A DNA stretch of 64,000 nt. Origin: an uncultured Chloroflexia bacterium. Its GTDB lineage: Bacteria > Chloroflexota > Dehalococcoidia > UBA2979. The DNA lies in contig CAVSIV010000004.1 in the NCBI GenBank assembly GCA_963728205.1, positions 32,001-96,000 on the forward strand. Reading direction: 5' to 3'. A model generated the notes under the pieces. The model saw only the letters and a program-made list of their open reading frames with translations. It did no database searches and was not told the origin of the DNA. A program made the translations under genes and the position numbers. Below, piece after piece: positions 1 to 10,456 of the stretch (its first letter is position 1; each line of letters starts with the position of its first letter).

Positions 1-71
1 CCCCCTGCGGAGCGCGGGGCGACGTGCCGAGAATCCAGGCAGGGCGCATTACGCCCGTAGCGGGGGAGCTC

Positions 72-944
72 ATGGTCGGGGTCACGCTCGACGGCATTCC
101 GACGCTCGACGCGGCCATCGCGCACGTCTGCGCGCGGCAGCAGCCGGGCGCGGAGCTGCGCTCGCTGCAGCGCCTGCTGGCGCTGCGTGAGGAGAGCCCG
201 TTCGCGCTGCAGACGCTCGGCGACGTGTGCGCGGCCGACGAGCAGCAGGCGAACCGCCTGCGCGTGGCGTCGTCGCACTACGCCGGCACCCGTCTCGTCA
301 CGATCCGCGACGCGCTGCGCGAGCACGGATACCGCAACGTCTACTGCGTCTCGCTGGTCGGCTGCTTCGTCGGTGCGGTCGACGCCGCGATGCTCGCCCC
401 GGCGCACGCCGGCTGGTGGCGGCACGCCGTGCGACTCGCCGTGATCGCGCAGGCCGTCGCGCGCGGGACCAACGCGCACCTCGACACCGCGTTCGCGGCC
501 GGGCTCGTCGCCGATCTCGGCGACCTGCTGCTCCCCGCGTACTTCCCCGACCTCCATGCCGAGGCTCAGCGCTTCGGCCCGGGCGCCGCGAACGAGCGCG
601 CCGCCTGGGGCTACACGCGCCACGACGTCGCGGCCGGCTTTGTCGCCGGCTGGGGCTTCCCGGACGAGACGGTCGACGCCATCGCCGGTCGGCCCTGCGC
701 GCGCTGCGCGGACCGGCACCCGCCGCAGCTCGTCGACGTGCTCGAGCGCGCGCATCGCGTCGAACGCCGCTACCTCGACCACTGCGGGTCGCCGGAGGGG
801 CCGACGCAGATCTTCCCCGACGAGCCCGTGCTGGCGGCTTACCTCGAGGGGCACGGCGGCCTGCACTGGCTGCACGTCCTCACCGAGAACATGCTCGAAA
901 CCGCGTTCGTCGACCGCCCGCGGCCTTCCACGCTCGTCGCCTGA
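72..944 (+). CDS. HDOD domain-containing protein
   Basis: HDOD-like motifs WRHAVRLA..AFAAGLVADLG..ERAAWGYTRHDV..WGFP; GGGGAG RBS before ATG 72 (ORF open from 24). Confidence 0.7.
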   Translation: MVGVTLDGIPTLDAAIAHVCARQQPGAELRSLQRLLALREESPFALQTLGDVCAADEQQANRLRVASSHYAGTRLVTIRDALREHGYRNVYCVSLVGCFVGAVDAAMLAPAHAGWWRHAVRLAVIAQAVARGTNAHLDTAFAAGLVADLGDLLLPAYFPDLHAEAQRFGPGAANERAAWGYTRHDVAAGFVAGWGFPDETVDAIAGRPCARCADRHPPQLVDVLERAHRVERRYLDHCGSPEGPTQIFPDEPVLAAYLEGHGGLHWLHVLTENMLETAFVDRPRPSTLVA

Positions 945-1020
945 TCCCGGCTTCGCGCGCCAGCGTGCCGCGCCCGGGTCCCGCTCGGCTGCTACGATCC
1001 GGCGCCGGACGGAGGACCCT

Positions 1021-1512
1021 ATGCCCCGCATGTCCCGCGAGCTGCTCGACCGGTTCCTGCTGGAGCCGCATGTCGGCGTGATCGCCACGCTGCGCCGCGA
1101 CGGCCGCCCCTACACCGTGCCGGTGTGGTGGCTCTGGCACGAGGACGCGTTCTGGCTCACCGGCACGACGAACCGCGTGTGGTGCCGGCAGCTGCAGCAC
1201 GACCCGCGCGCGTCGCTCTGCATCGAGTCCGGCGCGCCGCAGCCCGGCCACGTCGGCGTGGACGGCCGCGCGACGGTGCTGGAGCGCCCGGACTTCGACA
1301 TCTGGCCGATCTCGCGGCTGCTCGCCGAGAAGTTCGTCGGCCGCGGCGACCCGGGCCGCGCCGACGCGGTGGACGCGTTCTTCGCGAACATGCAGACGGA
1401 GCCGCGCCTGCTGATCCGGCTCGACCCCGAGGTCTGGCGCGCGATCGACATGAGCGTGTATCGCGGCAAGCGCGCGGACCGCGAGTTCCAGGCGACGCAG
1501 GCGCCGGACTGA
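1021..1512 (+). CDS. Pyridoxamine 5'-phosphate oxidase-like (PPOX/F420-dependent class) protein
   Basis: IATLRRDGRP..VPVW..LQHDPRASLCI split-barrel motif; GGAGG RBS. Confidence 0.8.
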   Translation: MPRMSRELLDRFLLEPHVGVIATLRRDGRPYTVPVWWLWHEDAFWLTGTTNRVWCRQLQHDPRASLCIESGAPQPGHVGVDGRATVLERPDFDIWPISRLLAEKFVGRGDPGRADAVDAFFANMQTEPRLLIRLDPEVWRAIDMSVYRGKRADREFQATQAPD

Positions 1513-1539
1513 CGGCCGCGCGGCGCGGAGACGGCGCGC

Positions 1540-2856
1540 CTAGCTGCACATCCGACGGACGATCCCGTACGTCAGCTCGCAGCCCATGTTCAGGTTCTCG
1601 ACCGTGAGGAACTCGTCGTTCCCGTGGAAGCCGGCGCGCTCCTCGGTGCTCAGGATGCACGGCGCGAAGCCGTACGCCGGCGTCCCCTGCTGGCGCAGGA
1701 ACCGGTTGTCCGTGCCGCCCACGGTCATGCCCGGCACCACGACGGCGTCCTCGATCGCGTCCTTCACCACCGACTCGATCACCCGGTAGAGCTCCGTGTC
1801 CCACGCCACCGTCTGCGGCTCGTCGTCATCCAGGCCCTCGTGGAAGTCGACCTGCACGTCCGGGTCGCCGATGCGGTCCGCCACCAGCTGACGCCACTCG
1901 TCGCGCGACTGGCCCGGCAGCAGCCGGCAGTCGATCACGGCCTCGCTCCTCGCCGGGATCACGTTCGCCTTGATGCCGCTGTGCAGCATCGTCACGTTCA
2001 GCGTGTTCATGAACATCGCGAGCAGCGGGCGCGACCCGCGAATGGCCGACTCCAGCGCCCCGCGCTCGCTCGGCGCGGGCAGCACGCCGGCCTCAGCGAG
2101 CCGCTCGACGTAGGTCGAGGTCTCGGGCGTGAAGACGAGCGGGCGCTCCCATTCCGCCAGCCGCTGGACCGCGCGCGCGAGCCGCACGGCGGAGTTGGAA
2201 TCGATCGGATGCGGGAACGAGCCGTGGCCGGGACGGCCCACCGCCGTCAGCCGCAGCCAGCACACCTGCTTCTCGCTCGTCGCCACCGAGAAGACGCGGA
2301 GCGCCTTGCCCTCGAACTCGTCGGAGCCGGAGCCGCCCTCGTTCAGCTCGTACTCCACGTCGACCACGTCGGGCCGGTGCTTGCACAGCCACCCCATGCC
2401 CCAGTGGCCGAGCGCCTCTTCGTCCGGTACCGCGCAGAACACGAGGTCGCGCTTCAGGCGCAGCCCCCGGCGCTTCGCCAGGAGGAACGCCATCAGCTGC
2501 ATCACGCCGAAGCCCTTCATGTCGACCGCCCCGCGCCCGTAGACGCGGCCGTCGCGGACGACGCCCTCGAACGCCGGCACCGTCCAGTACTCCGGCTCGA
2601 CGGGCACGGCGTCGATGTGGTTGCACAGCATCAGCGGGCGCTTGCTGCCGTCGCCGCGCAGCCGCGCCACGACGACCTCGCGCTCGGGCTGCGTCTCGAT
2701 GTACTCGCACTCGATGCCGTCGGCCGCGAGCAGCGAGCCGAGGAAGCGCGCACCCGCCTTCTCCCGCCCGGGCGGGTTCGACGTGTCGATGCAGAGGTAG
2801 CGGACGAGGATGTCCAGCGCCTCCGCATGCACGCGCTGCCAGTCGATCTCCGGCAT
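1540..2856 (-). CDS. M20/M25/M40 family metallopeptidase
   Basis: HIDAV, GRGAVDMKG, DEE, NEGG, GHGS, GGTD and FHGNDE motifs; GGAGGGG RBS. Confidence 0.9.
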   Translation of the reverse strand: MPEIDWQRVHAEALDILVRYLCIDTSNPPGREKAGARFLGSLLAADGIECEYIETQPEREVVVARLRGDGSKRPLMLCNHIDAVPVEPEYWTVPAFEGVVRDGRVYGRGAVDMKGFGVMQLMAFLLAKRRGLRLKRDLVFCAVPDEEALGHWGMGWLCKHRPDVVDVEYELNEGGSGSDEFEGKALRVFSVATSEKQVCWLRLTAVGRPGHGSFPHPIDSNSAVRLARAVQRLAEWERPLVFTPETSTYVERLAEAGVLPAPSERGALESAIRGSRPLLAMFMNTLNVTMLHSGIKANVIPARSEAVIDCRLLPGQSRDEWRQLVADRIGDPDVQVDFHEGLDDDEPQTVAWDTELYRVIESVVKDAIEDAVVVPGMTVGGTDNRFLRQQGTPAYGFAPCILSTEERAGFHGNDEFLTVENLNMGCELTYGIVRRMCS

Positions 2857-3092
2857 CCGAACGCCCCCCTCCGCGCTTGCGGCTGCGTCCCGACGTCTCG
2901 TGTATCGATGCGGTGTGCCTTGCGGTCGCGGCGGCAACGTACTAGACATGCCGCGCGATTGGTACTCACGGCGCGCTGCAGGCTTCGCGCCTGCCGTGAC
3001 TCGCTGCCGGGGCTTGCTTCGAGCGGATCCGGTGAGGATGCCGGTGGACGCCATCGCGCCCAACCACGTACCCGCAGGAAAGTGAGCCCGAC

Positions 3093-4706
3093 ATGGCCGG
3101 CGCAACGGCAGACCTGGTCTTCTCCGGCGGCCCCGTGCACACGGTCGACGCGACGAACGCCATCGCCGAGGCGGTCGCCGTGTCGGACGGGCGCATCCTC
3201 GCGGTCGGATCGGCCGCCGCAGTGCACGCGACCGCAGGGCCGCAGACGCGGCACGTCGACCTGCGCGGGCGCTCGCTGCTCCCCGGCTTCATCGACGCGC
3301 ACTGCCACTTCAACGGCGTCGGCGCGTCCGCGGACGCGATCGACTGCAAGGCGCCGGGCATGGACAGCATCGCCGCGATTGTGGAGGAGGTCCGCAAGCG
3401 TGCCGAGCGGCAGCCCGCCGGCACCTGGATCCGCGGGCGCGGCTACGACCACACGAAGCTCGTCGAGCAGCGCCACCCCAACCGCCACGACTTCGACGCC
3501 GTCGCACCGAACCACCCGGTGCTGTTTACGCGCACCTGCGGTCACATCAACGCGTGGAACACGAAGGCGCTCGAGCTCTCCGGGCTCCCCGAGACCGCGC
3601 CCGACCCCGATGGCGGCCGCTACGACCGCGAGGCGGACGGGCGGCTCCTCGGCGTCTCCTACGAGCGCGCCAACGGCCCGATCACCACGGCGGCGATGCC
3701 ATCGGTCGAGGATGTGCGGCGCGGCCTCATCAACGCGAACCACGCCTACCTGGAGGCGGGCGGCACGAGCATCCACGACGCCGGCGGGATGGCCGGGCTG
3801 CCGATCGACATCGCCACCGACCTCGTCGCCCGCGACGAGCTGCAGGTGCGCATCTACGCGTTCGTCACCGTGAACGCGCTCGACCACCCGCACGTCGGCA
3901 TCCTGCAGACCGGCTTCCGCACCGGCTTCGGCGACACGCGGCTGCGCATCGGCGCGTTCAAGGTGATCACGGACGGACTCGAGCAGCGGCCCGACCGCCG
4001 CCACCCGCGACCCGTACACGTCGAACTCCGGACGACTCCGGCATCGCGTACTGGAAGCAGAACGACCTCGACGACCTGATCGGCCGCGCGCACCGCGCCG
4101 GCTGGCAGTGCACCGTGCACGCCGTCGGCGACCGCGCGATTGAGATGACGCTCGACGCGATGGCGCGCGCGCAGGCGGAGTTCCCGCGCGAGGGACTGCG
4201 CCACCGCATCGACCACTGCGGCATCACGCCGCCCGACCTGCAGCAGCGCGTGCGCCGCCAGGGCATCGTCCCGGCGATGCAGCCCGCGTTCTTCTGGGAG
4301 TTCGGCGACGGCTACATCCGCAACTACGGCCGCCACCGCGCCGACGTGATGTTCCCGGCGAAGTCGCTGCTCGAGCGCCGGCACCGTCGTCGCCGGCTCG
4401 TCCGACGCGCCCGTCACCGACTATCGCCCGCTGTTCGGCATCGAGCAGGCGCAGACGCGCGCGACGATGGACGGCGACGTGTGCGGCCCCAACGAGCGCG
4501 TCGACCTCGAGACCGCGATCCGCATGCACACGATCAACGGCGCCTACGCGTCGTTCGAGGAGCACATCAAGGGCAGCATCGAGCCCGGCAAGCTCGCGGA
4601 CCTCGTGCTGCTCAGCGAGGACATCCGCCGGGTGCCGACGACGGCGCTGCGCGACCTCCCGGTAGCGATGACGTTCGTCGAGGGCCGCGCGGTCTACGAG
4701 GCCTAG
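3093..4706 (+). pseudogene. YtcJ-like amidohydrolase (Amidohydro_3) interrupted by three +1 frameshifts, probably sequence errors
   Basis: PGFIDAHCH N-terminus, HAVGDRA/RHRIDHC in a second frame, SSDAPV and GSIEPGKLADLV back in the first; apparent insertions near 3977, 4027 and 4377. Confidence 0.85.
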
Positions 4707-4742
4707 GTCCCGATGCGACCGGCGAGCGCCCGCCCGTCGCAA

Positions 4743-4764
4743 GCGGCGGCAGACACGCCGCCGA
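4743..4764 (+). repeat. REP-like palindrome GCGGCGGCAGACACGCCGCCGA (singlet)
   Basis: Matches the family consensus; lies between convergent genes. Confidence 0.8.
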
Positions 4765-4908
4765 TGTGACCGGCGGGCACGCCGCGGTTCGCGGGGGCGG
4801 ACGGGTCGCAATGGCAGGGAAGCTCACCGCCAGCCCCGGTCACCTGCCGGCGTCGCGCCCCCGGCGACACCCACGCGGACGCCCCGCCGCGCGGGAGAGA
4901 TCGGCACC

Positions 4909-5814
4909 CTACCCGCTGCCGCTCGATCCGGCGCCGGGGCCCATCCCCATCGCGTCGCCCGCCGCCGGGAGCGGCGACGGCGCGCGCTCGGCGAGGATGT
5001 CCTCCATGCGCGCGCGAACGCGCTCCTTCACGTTGTCGGGATGCGTCAGGATGTAGAACCGCTCCGCGCGGATCGCATCGAGCACCATGTCGCCCACCCG
5101 CGCCGGCGGCATCCCGAACTCCTGGAAGCGGCGCGACATCATCGTGCGCATCTCGTCACGCCGGCGCGCCGCCGCGTCCTCCACCGTTGCCTCCGCGAGC
5201 GCGGACGGCCGGTTGCGCTCCGCCTCGATGATCCGCGTCGCAACCATACCCGGGCACAGTACCGAGCAGCCCACCTTCGCGTCGCGCGCCTTGAGGTCGT
5301 AGTAGAGGCCCTCGGTGAGCCGCACGACCGCGTGCTTCGACACCCCGTACGGGCTCCCGCCGCCCGACTGCAGCCCGAGCACCGACGCGGTGTTCACGAC
5401 CCACGCCGGCTCGCCCTGCTCGAGCAGCAGGGGCACGAACGCGCGAATCCCGTGGATCACCCCCCACAGGTTCACGCCCAGCACCCACTGCCAGTCCTTG
5501 AGCGACGACTCCCACACCGCGCCGCCGCCGCCCGACACGCCGGCGTTGTTGCACACGATGTGCACGGCGCCATACGCGTCGAGCGCACGGTCGCGCAGCC
5601 CGTCGACCGACCCTGCGTCCGCGGTGTCGACGCGCACGCCGATCACGTCGCGCTCCTGCCGCCGCAACGCGCGGACGGCAGTGTCGAGCGCGTCCTGCTC
5701 GACGTCGGCGAGCACGACCTTCATGCCCTCGGCAGCGAAGCGCGCCGCGATGCCGCGGCCGATGCCGCTGGCCGCCCCGGTCACTACGGCGACCCTGCCC
5801 GCGAAGTCCTGCAT
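4909..5814 (-). CDS. SDR family NAD(P)-dependent oxidoreductase
   Basis: TGAASGIG, NNAG, YGVSK motifs. Confidence 0.92.
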   Translation of the reverse strand: MQDFAGRVAVVTGAASGIGRGIAARFAAEGMKVVLADVEQDALDTAVRALRRQERDVIGVRVDTADAGSVDGLRDRALDAYGAVHIVCNNAGVSGGGGAVWESSLKDWQWVLGVNLWGVIHGIRAFVPLLLEQGEPAWVVNTASVLGLQSGGGSPYGVSKHAVVRLTEGLYYDLKARDAKVGCSVLCPGMVATRIIEAERNRPSALAEATVEDAAARRRDEMRTMMSRRFQEFGMPPARVGDMVLDAIRAERFYILTHPDNVKERVRARMEDILAERAPSPLPAAGDAMGMGPGAGSSGSG

Positions 5815-5910
5815 CGCCCGCTCCTCCACGCCGCGCTCCGTGGGCGCGGCGTACGGTAGCACGCACGCGATGACGCGCCGCCCGCGGTCGTGGGCAGGAC
5901 GGGGACGGAT

Positions 5911-6027
5911 CGGCAGCCGGTCCGGCTGCCGGCATTTGCGGGGGGATGCCCGGAAGGCGACAGGTTCCGGACAGATCGAGAGCCGGAACAGACGCCCGGC
6001 CCAACGCGCCCGTTCCGGCTCTCGATC
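5911..6027. other. Cluster of four adjacent intergenic hairpins
   Basis: Inverted repeats at 5911-5931, 5931-5950, 5950-5970 and a perfect 16-bp pair 5974-5989/6012-6027. Confidence 0.5.
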
Positions 6028-6100
6028 GCGCGCAGGGTACTGCATCCGCGGCGCCTCGACCACCGCCATCTCGCCGATCTCGGGGCGCCGAGAAGCGGCC

Positions 6101-6601
6101 TCAGCCGCCGCCCCCGAAGTGGCCGAGGACGACGCCCAGCGCGAACACGAACCCCCCGCCTCCGAGCACCAGCACGGCGGTCCGCCACGCCGGGAAGTGC
6201 AGCAGGCGCCAGCGGATCCATGCGATCACGGCGAGTTCGATCGCCACCACGATGTATGCGATCAGCAGCGCGAGGTGCATGTCCGTCAGGAGGAACGGGA
6301 GGGTGTGAAAGAGGCCGCCCAGTGCGGTGCCCACGCCGGTCGTCACACCCTTCCAGTAGGGCGCGACTTCGGCGTCCTCCTCGCTGCCATGCGAGAGCGC
6401 CTCCGCGAGGCCCATGCTCAACCCGGCGCCTGTGGCCGCAGCCAGGCCGACGATGAACACCTGGAAGTGACTGGTCATCTGCGCGGCAGCGAAGATCGGC
6501 GCGAGCGTCGACACCGAGCCGTCCATCAGGCCGAGCAGTCCCGGCCGGATGAGCTCGCGGAAGCGAGGATCCTCGGTAGAGATGTCGCCAATCGCGGACA
6601 C
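6101..6601 (-). CDS. VIT1/CCC1 family membrane protein (resembles the MbfA C-terminal iron-export domain)
   Basis: PGLLGLMDGSVSTLAPIFAAA, GAGLSMGLAEALS, GGLFHTLPFL; GAGGAGG RBS. Confidence 0.85.
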   Translation of the reverse strand: MSAIGDISTEDPRFRELIRPGLLGLMDGSVSTLAPIFAAAQMTSHFQVFIVGLAAATGAGLSMGLAEALSHGSEEDAEVAPYWKGVTTGVGTALGGLFHTLPFLLTDMHLALLIAYIVVAIELAVIAWIRWRLLHFPAWRTAVLVLGGGGFVFALGVVLGHFGGGG

Positions 6602-6751
6602 GCGTCCTCCTCTCGGCTCGGCGTGGTGGGCGCCGAAGGCATGGAGGACGGGAACCCGAGGACGCGCTGCGCGGTACAGAACCGGGCCGGAACGGGCGCC
6701 CGGCCCTCTGCGCCCGTTCCGACCCGGCCCGTAGAAGGTCCTGATTCGAGG

Positions 6752-7954
6752 TTACACCCCGAGGGACAGCGGCAACTCCTGGAACCCCCGCATGATGTGC
6801 GTCGCGCGCTGCCGTCGCGCCGGTGCCGCACCGCGCTCGAGCGTGGCGTAGCGATCCAGGAGCACGTCGAGGGCGATCCGTGCCTCCGCCCGCGCGAGCG
6901 GCGCGCCCAGGCAGTAGTGGATCCCGGTGCCGAACGCGAGGTGCCGCGACAGCTCTCGGTCGATCCGGAACGCGTCCGGCTCCGGGAACGCGCGCGGGTC
7001 ACGGTTCGCCGCGCCGAAGCACACGTTCAGCTGCACGCGCCCGGGAACCGCCACGCCACCGAGCGTCTCGCCCTCCAGCACGTAGCGCGGCAGCGTCTGC
7101 ACCGGGCTGTCGTAGCGCAGCGTCTCCTCCACGAATGGATCGAGCAGCGTCCGATCGGCGCGCAACCGCGCCCACAGGTCCGGCCGCTCGACGAGCACGT
7201 TCAGCATGTTGCCGATCAGGTTCGTCGTCGTCTCGTTGCCCGCCACCAGCAGGAGCACCGCGCACCCGATGATCTCGAGGTCCTGCAGCCGCTCACCGTC
7301 GACCTCGGCCTGCGCGAGTGCCGTGATCAGGTCGTCCGCGGGCGCGGCGCGGCGGTGCGCCACCTGGTTCGCCAGGTACAGCGCCATCTCGATCAGCTCC
7401 GCGCGACGCGCCGTGCCCTGCTCCGCCCCGAGCAGCGCGTTCGACCAGCGCTTGAACCGGTCGCCCTCCTCCGGCGGGATGCCGAGCAGCGTCGCGATCA
7501 CGGTCACGGGCAACGGCACCGTCAGCGCCGGGACGACGTCGACGTCGCCGGCCGGGAAGCGGTCGATCTGCTGCTCGACGATCGAGCGGATGAACGGCTC
7601 GAGCTCGCGGACGCGCTTCGGCGTGAACGCGCGGTTCACGAGGCCGCGAAAGCGCGTGTGCCGCGGCGGATCGTCGGTGATCATGACGAGCCGAAACGGG
7701 TCCGCCCCGGCCGCCTCGCCGTCCGCGCCGTGGATCACGCGCTCGCCGGCCGACGAGTAGCGCTCATGGTGGCGCAGCACGTGGTAGGCCTCGTCGAAGC
7801 CAATCACGAGATAGAGGTTCCAGTCGCTCACCCGGACGATCGGCGACTGGTCACGCAGGCGACGCCAGGTCGGGTACGGGTCGTCGAAAAAGGCGTCGGT
7901 CAGCAGATCGCGCTCCGCGATCTCCGGGACGTCGATGGTGGGGCCGCCGGCCAT
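6752..7954 (-). CDS. Cytochrome P450
   Basis: AGNETT I-helix, EETLR, HLAFGTGIHYCLG heme motif. Confidence 0.95.
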   Translation of the reverse strand: MAGGPTIDVPEIAERDLLTDAFFDDPYPTWRRLRDQSPIVRVSDWNLYLVIGFDEAYHVLRHHERYSSAGERVIHGADGEAAGADPFRLVMITDDPPRHTRFRGLVNRAFTPKRVRELEPFIRSIVEQQIDRFPAGDVDVVPALTVPLPVTVIATLLGIPPEEGDRFKRWSNALLGAEQGTARRAELIEMALYLANQVAHRRAAPADDLITALAQAEVDGERLQDLEIIGCAVLLLVAGNETTTNLIGNMLNVLVERPDLWARLRADRTLLDPFVEETLRYDSPVQTLPRYVLEGETLGGVAVPGRVQLNVCFGAANRDPRAFPEPDAFRIDRELSRHLAFGTGIHYCLGAPLARAEARIALDVLLDRYATLERGAAPARRQRATHIMRGFQELPLSLGV

Positions 7955-8096
7955 GCTCGCACCTCGCCGCGAGCCGCCGGCCGGTCGCGGGCGCTCGCTA
8001 TGCTGTCGCTGCTCGGTCGGCGCATCGTACCGCGAGGCGCCCCGGCCGATGGAGAGGTTCTCCGGCGTGCCGGCGGACCGGGAACGCGGGAAAGCC

Positions 8097-8291
8097 ATGA
8101 GGGCCGAGGTCGACTACCGCACCTGCATGAAGACCGGGCAGTGCTATTACCTCCACCCCGAGCTCTTCCGCCGCCGTGAGGACGATCACCCCGAGCCGAC
8201 CGCGGGCGCGTTCCCCGAGGACCTGCGCGACGCGCTCGAGGAGGCAGCCGACCTCTGCCCGACGGAGTCCATCCGGGTGGTGGACGACTAG
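8097..8291 (+). CDS. Ferredoxin ([3Fe-4S]-type, likely P450 partner)
   Basis: CMKTGQC...CPTESI; divergent from the P450. Confidence 0.85.
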   Translation: MRAEVDYRTCMKTGQCYYLHPELFRRREDDHPEPTAGAFPEDLRDALEEAADLCPTESIRVVDD

Positions 8292-8310
8292 CGACGAGCA
8301 CCCGTCGCAA

Positions 8311-8332
8311 GCGGCGGCAGAGATGCCGCCGA
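8311..8332 (+). repeat. REP-like palindrome (singlet variant)
   Basis: GCGGCGGCAGAGATGCCGCCGA followed by a degenerate version of the 52-bp array tail. Confidence 0.7.
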
Positions 8333-8465
8333 CGCCATCGGCGGCGGCGCGCCGCCGGCCCACCCGGCGCCACCTCCGCGGCCTGCGGATCGCGCCACAT
8401 GGTGACCGCCGCCGGCGCGCGCTAGGCTGCGCCGCGACACGCACACCCCGGGGAGGGACAACACG

Positions 8466-9401
8466 ATGAGCAGGGCGCACTTCGGCGTCACGGTTCCCCA
8501 GATCAAGCGCACGTGGGAGGAGTCCCGCGCCGCCGCCACCGAGTTCGAGGAGCTCGGATTCGACTCGATCTGGGTGAACGACCACCTCTACGGCCCGCAG
8601 TCGCCGCAGATCCCGATGCTCGAGGCCTGGTCGATGGTCGCCGCGCTCGCCGCCGCCACGAGCCGCGTCGAGATCGGCACCCTCGTCACGCCCGCCGGCA
8701 TGCGCAACCCCGCCCACCTCGGCAAGGTGATCGCGACCATCGATCACATCGCGGGCGGCCGCATCATCCCCGGCCTGGGCGCCGGCTGGATGCCGCGCGA
8801 GTTCACCGACTTCGGCATGCCGTTCCTCTCCGCGAAGGAACGCCTCGGCCAGTTGCGCGAGACCATCACGCTGCTCAAGCGCATGTGGAACGACGACGAG
8901 CCCGTCACCTTCGAGGGCAAGTACGTGCAGGTCCACAACCTCGTCACGCTGCCGAAGCCCGAGCGGCGCGTGCCGATTCTCGTCGGCGGCTCCGGCGAGC
9001 AGGTCACGATGAAGATCGCCGCGCGCGAGGCCGACATCTGGAACAACCTCGCCGGGCAGCAGGGCAACCTCGCGCACAAGGTCGACGTGCTCAAGCAGCA
9101 CTGCGCCGACGTCGGCCGCGACTTCTCGGAGATCCGCATCGGCCAGCAATGCCTCGTCACGATCGCGCCCGACGACGCGACGGCCGGGCCGATGGCCGAG
9201 ACCGCGAAGAAGATCTTCGGCGGGCACATGGGCGACCCGACGGGACCGCTCGCGCTCACCGGCACGCCCGACCGCATCGTGGAGCAGATCGAGAAGCACC
9301 TCGAGCTGGGCTGCACGATGTTCATGATCGAGTTCTTCGGGCGCGACACCCGCGAGCCGGCGCGGCTGTTCGCCGAGACCGTCCTGCCGCGGTTCACGTA
9401 G
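8466..9401 (+). CDS. LLM class (probably F420-dependent) oxidoreductase
   Basis: GFDSIWVNDH, TIDHIAGGR..GLGAGW, PILVGGSGE. Confidence 0.9.
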   Translation: MSRAHFGVTVPQIKRTWEESRAAATEFEELGFDSIWVNDHLYGPQSPQIPMLEAWSMVAALAAATSRVEIGTLVTPAGMRNPAHLGKVIATIDHIAGGRIIPGLGAGWMPREFTDFGMPFLSAKERLGQLRETITLLKRMWNDDEPVTFEGKYVQVHNLVTLPKPERRVPILVGGSGEQVTMKIAAREADIWNNLAGQQGNLAHKVDVLKQHCADVGRDFSEIRIGQQCLVTIAPDDATAGPMAETAKKIFGGHMGDPTGPLALTGTPDRIVEQIEKHLELGCTMFMIEFFGRDTREPARLFAETVLPRFT

Positions 9402-9406
9402 CGCGG

Positions 9407-10456
9407 ATGCCGCCGCTGACCGTCCGCCCGCTGCTGCCGCACGACGCGGAGGCGGCGGCGCCGCTGATCGCCGCGCGCCACGCGCGGCTGCGCGCGCAGC
9501 ACCCCGCGCTGCCCGAGCGCTTCGCGGTCGCAGAGCCATGCGCCGCGGCGCTGCGTGCGCAGCTCGCGGAGCCACTCGCCGCAGGCGCAGCCGCCGAGCG
9601 CGACGGGCGGCTCGTGGGCGTTCTCGTCGGCGTGCGCGTGCTCTTTGCGCCCGACGCCTTCTTCGCGCAGTACGAGGAGACTCACACCGTCACCATGCCG
9701 GCCGCCGGGCACGCGGTGGCGGAGGACGAAGACGCCGCCGCCGTCTACAACGCGCTCTACGCGTTCCTCGCCCCGCCCTGGATCGACGGCGGCTCCTTCG
9801 GGCACCGCATCTCGCTGCTCGACGGCGACGCCGCGGCGGCGGAAGCGTGGCAGCTGCTGGGCTTCGGCATGGCCACCTCGTTCGCCGCGCGCGACACGCG
9901 TCCGCTCGATGCACCCTCGCCGCGCGCGGACCTCGACGTCCGCGCCGCGACGGGCGAGGACCGCGCGGTCGTCTCGCACTTCGCCGATCTGACCGCGCGC
10001 TGGCACCGCGAAGCGCCGATGTTCTGGCCGTACCTGGCGGACGACGTCGCGACCGCGGTGCATGACTTCGAGCGGCGCACGCTCGCCGACCCCGCGAACG
10101 CGACGCTGCTCGCGTACGACGGCGACCGCCCGATCGCGATGCACATGCTGCTCGCGGACGGCTTCGGTCCGTCGCTCGCGCAGCCCGACCACTCGGTCTA
10201 CCTCTACGAAGGCATCACGGAGCCCGACGCCCGCGGGGCAGGCGCCGGCGCCGCGCTCCTCGAGCGCTCGCTCGCGTGGGCGCGCGAGCGCGACGCCGCG
10301 TGGTGCACGCTCCACTTCGCCACCGCGAACCCGAGCGGCCGCCCGTTCTGGCTGAAGCACGGGTTCCGCCCACTCGAGCACACCTGGGCGCGACACGTCG
10401 ACGAGCGCGTCGCATGGGCGCGGCCCCGCGACGCCGCCGCTGAAGGGAACCGCTGA
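9407..10456 (+). CDS. GNAT family N-acetyltransferase (two-domain)
   Basis: C-terminal acetyl-CoA motif PDARGAGAG and NPSGRPFWLKHGF. Confidence 0.75.
   Translation: MPPLTVRPLLPHDAEAAAPLIAARHARLRAQHPALPERFAVAEPCAAALRAQLAEPLAAGAAAERDGRLVGVLVGVRVLFAPDAFFAQYEETHTVTMPAAGHAVAEDEDAAAVYNALYAFLAPPWIDGGSFGHRISLLDGDAAAAEAWQLLGFGMATSFAARDTRPLDAPSPRADLDVRAATGEDRAVVSHFADLTARWHREAPMFWPYLADDVATAVHDFERRTLADPANATLLAYDGDRPIAMHMLLADGFGPSLAQPDHSVYLYEGITEPDARGAGAGAALLERSLAWARERDAAWCTLHFATANPSGRPFWLKHGFRPLEHTWARHVDERVAWARPRDAAAEGNR

Noticed and set aside
3960-4400. Programmed ribosomal frameshifting in the broken genes
   Set aside because: No slippery sites, several shifts per gene, and the same +1 pattern in unrelated genes indicate sequence error.
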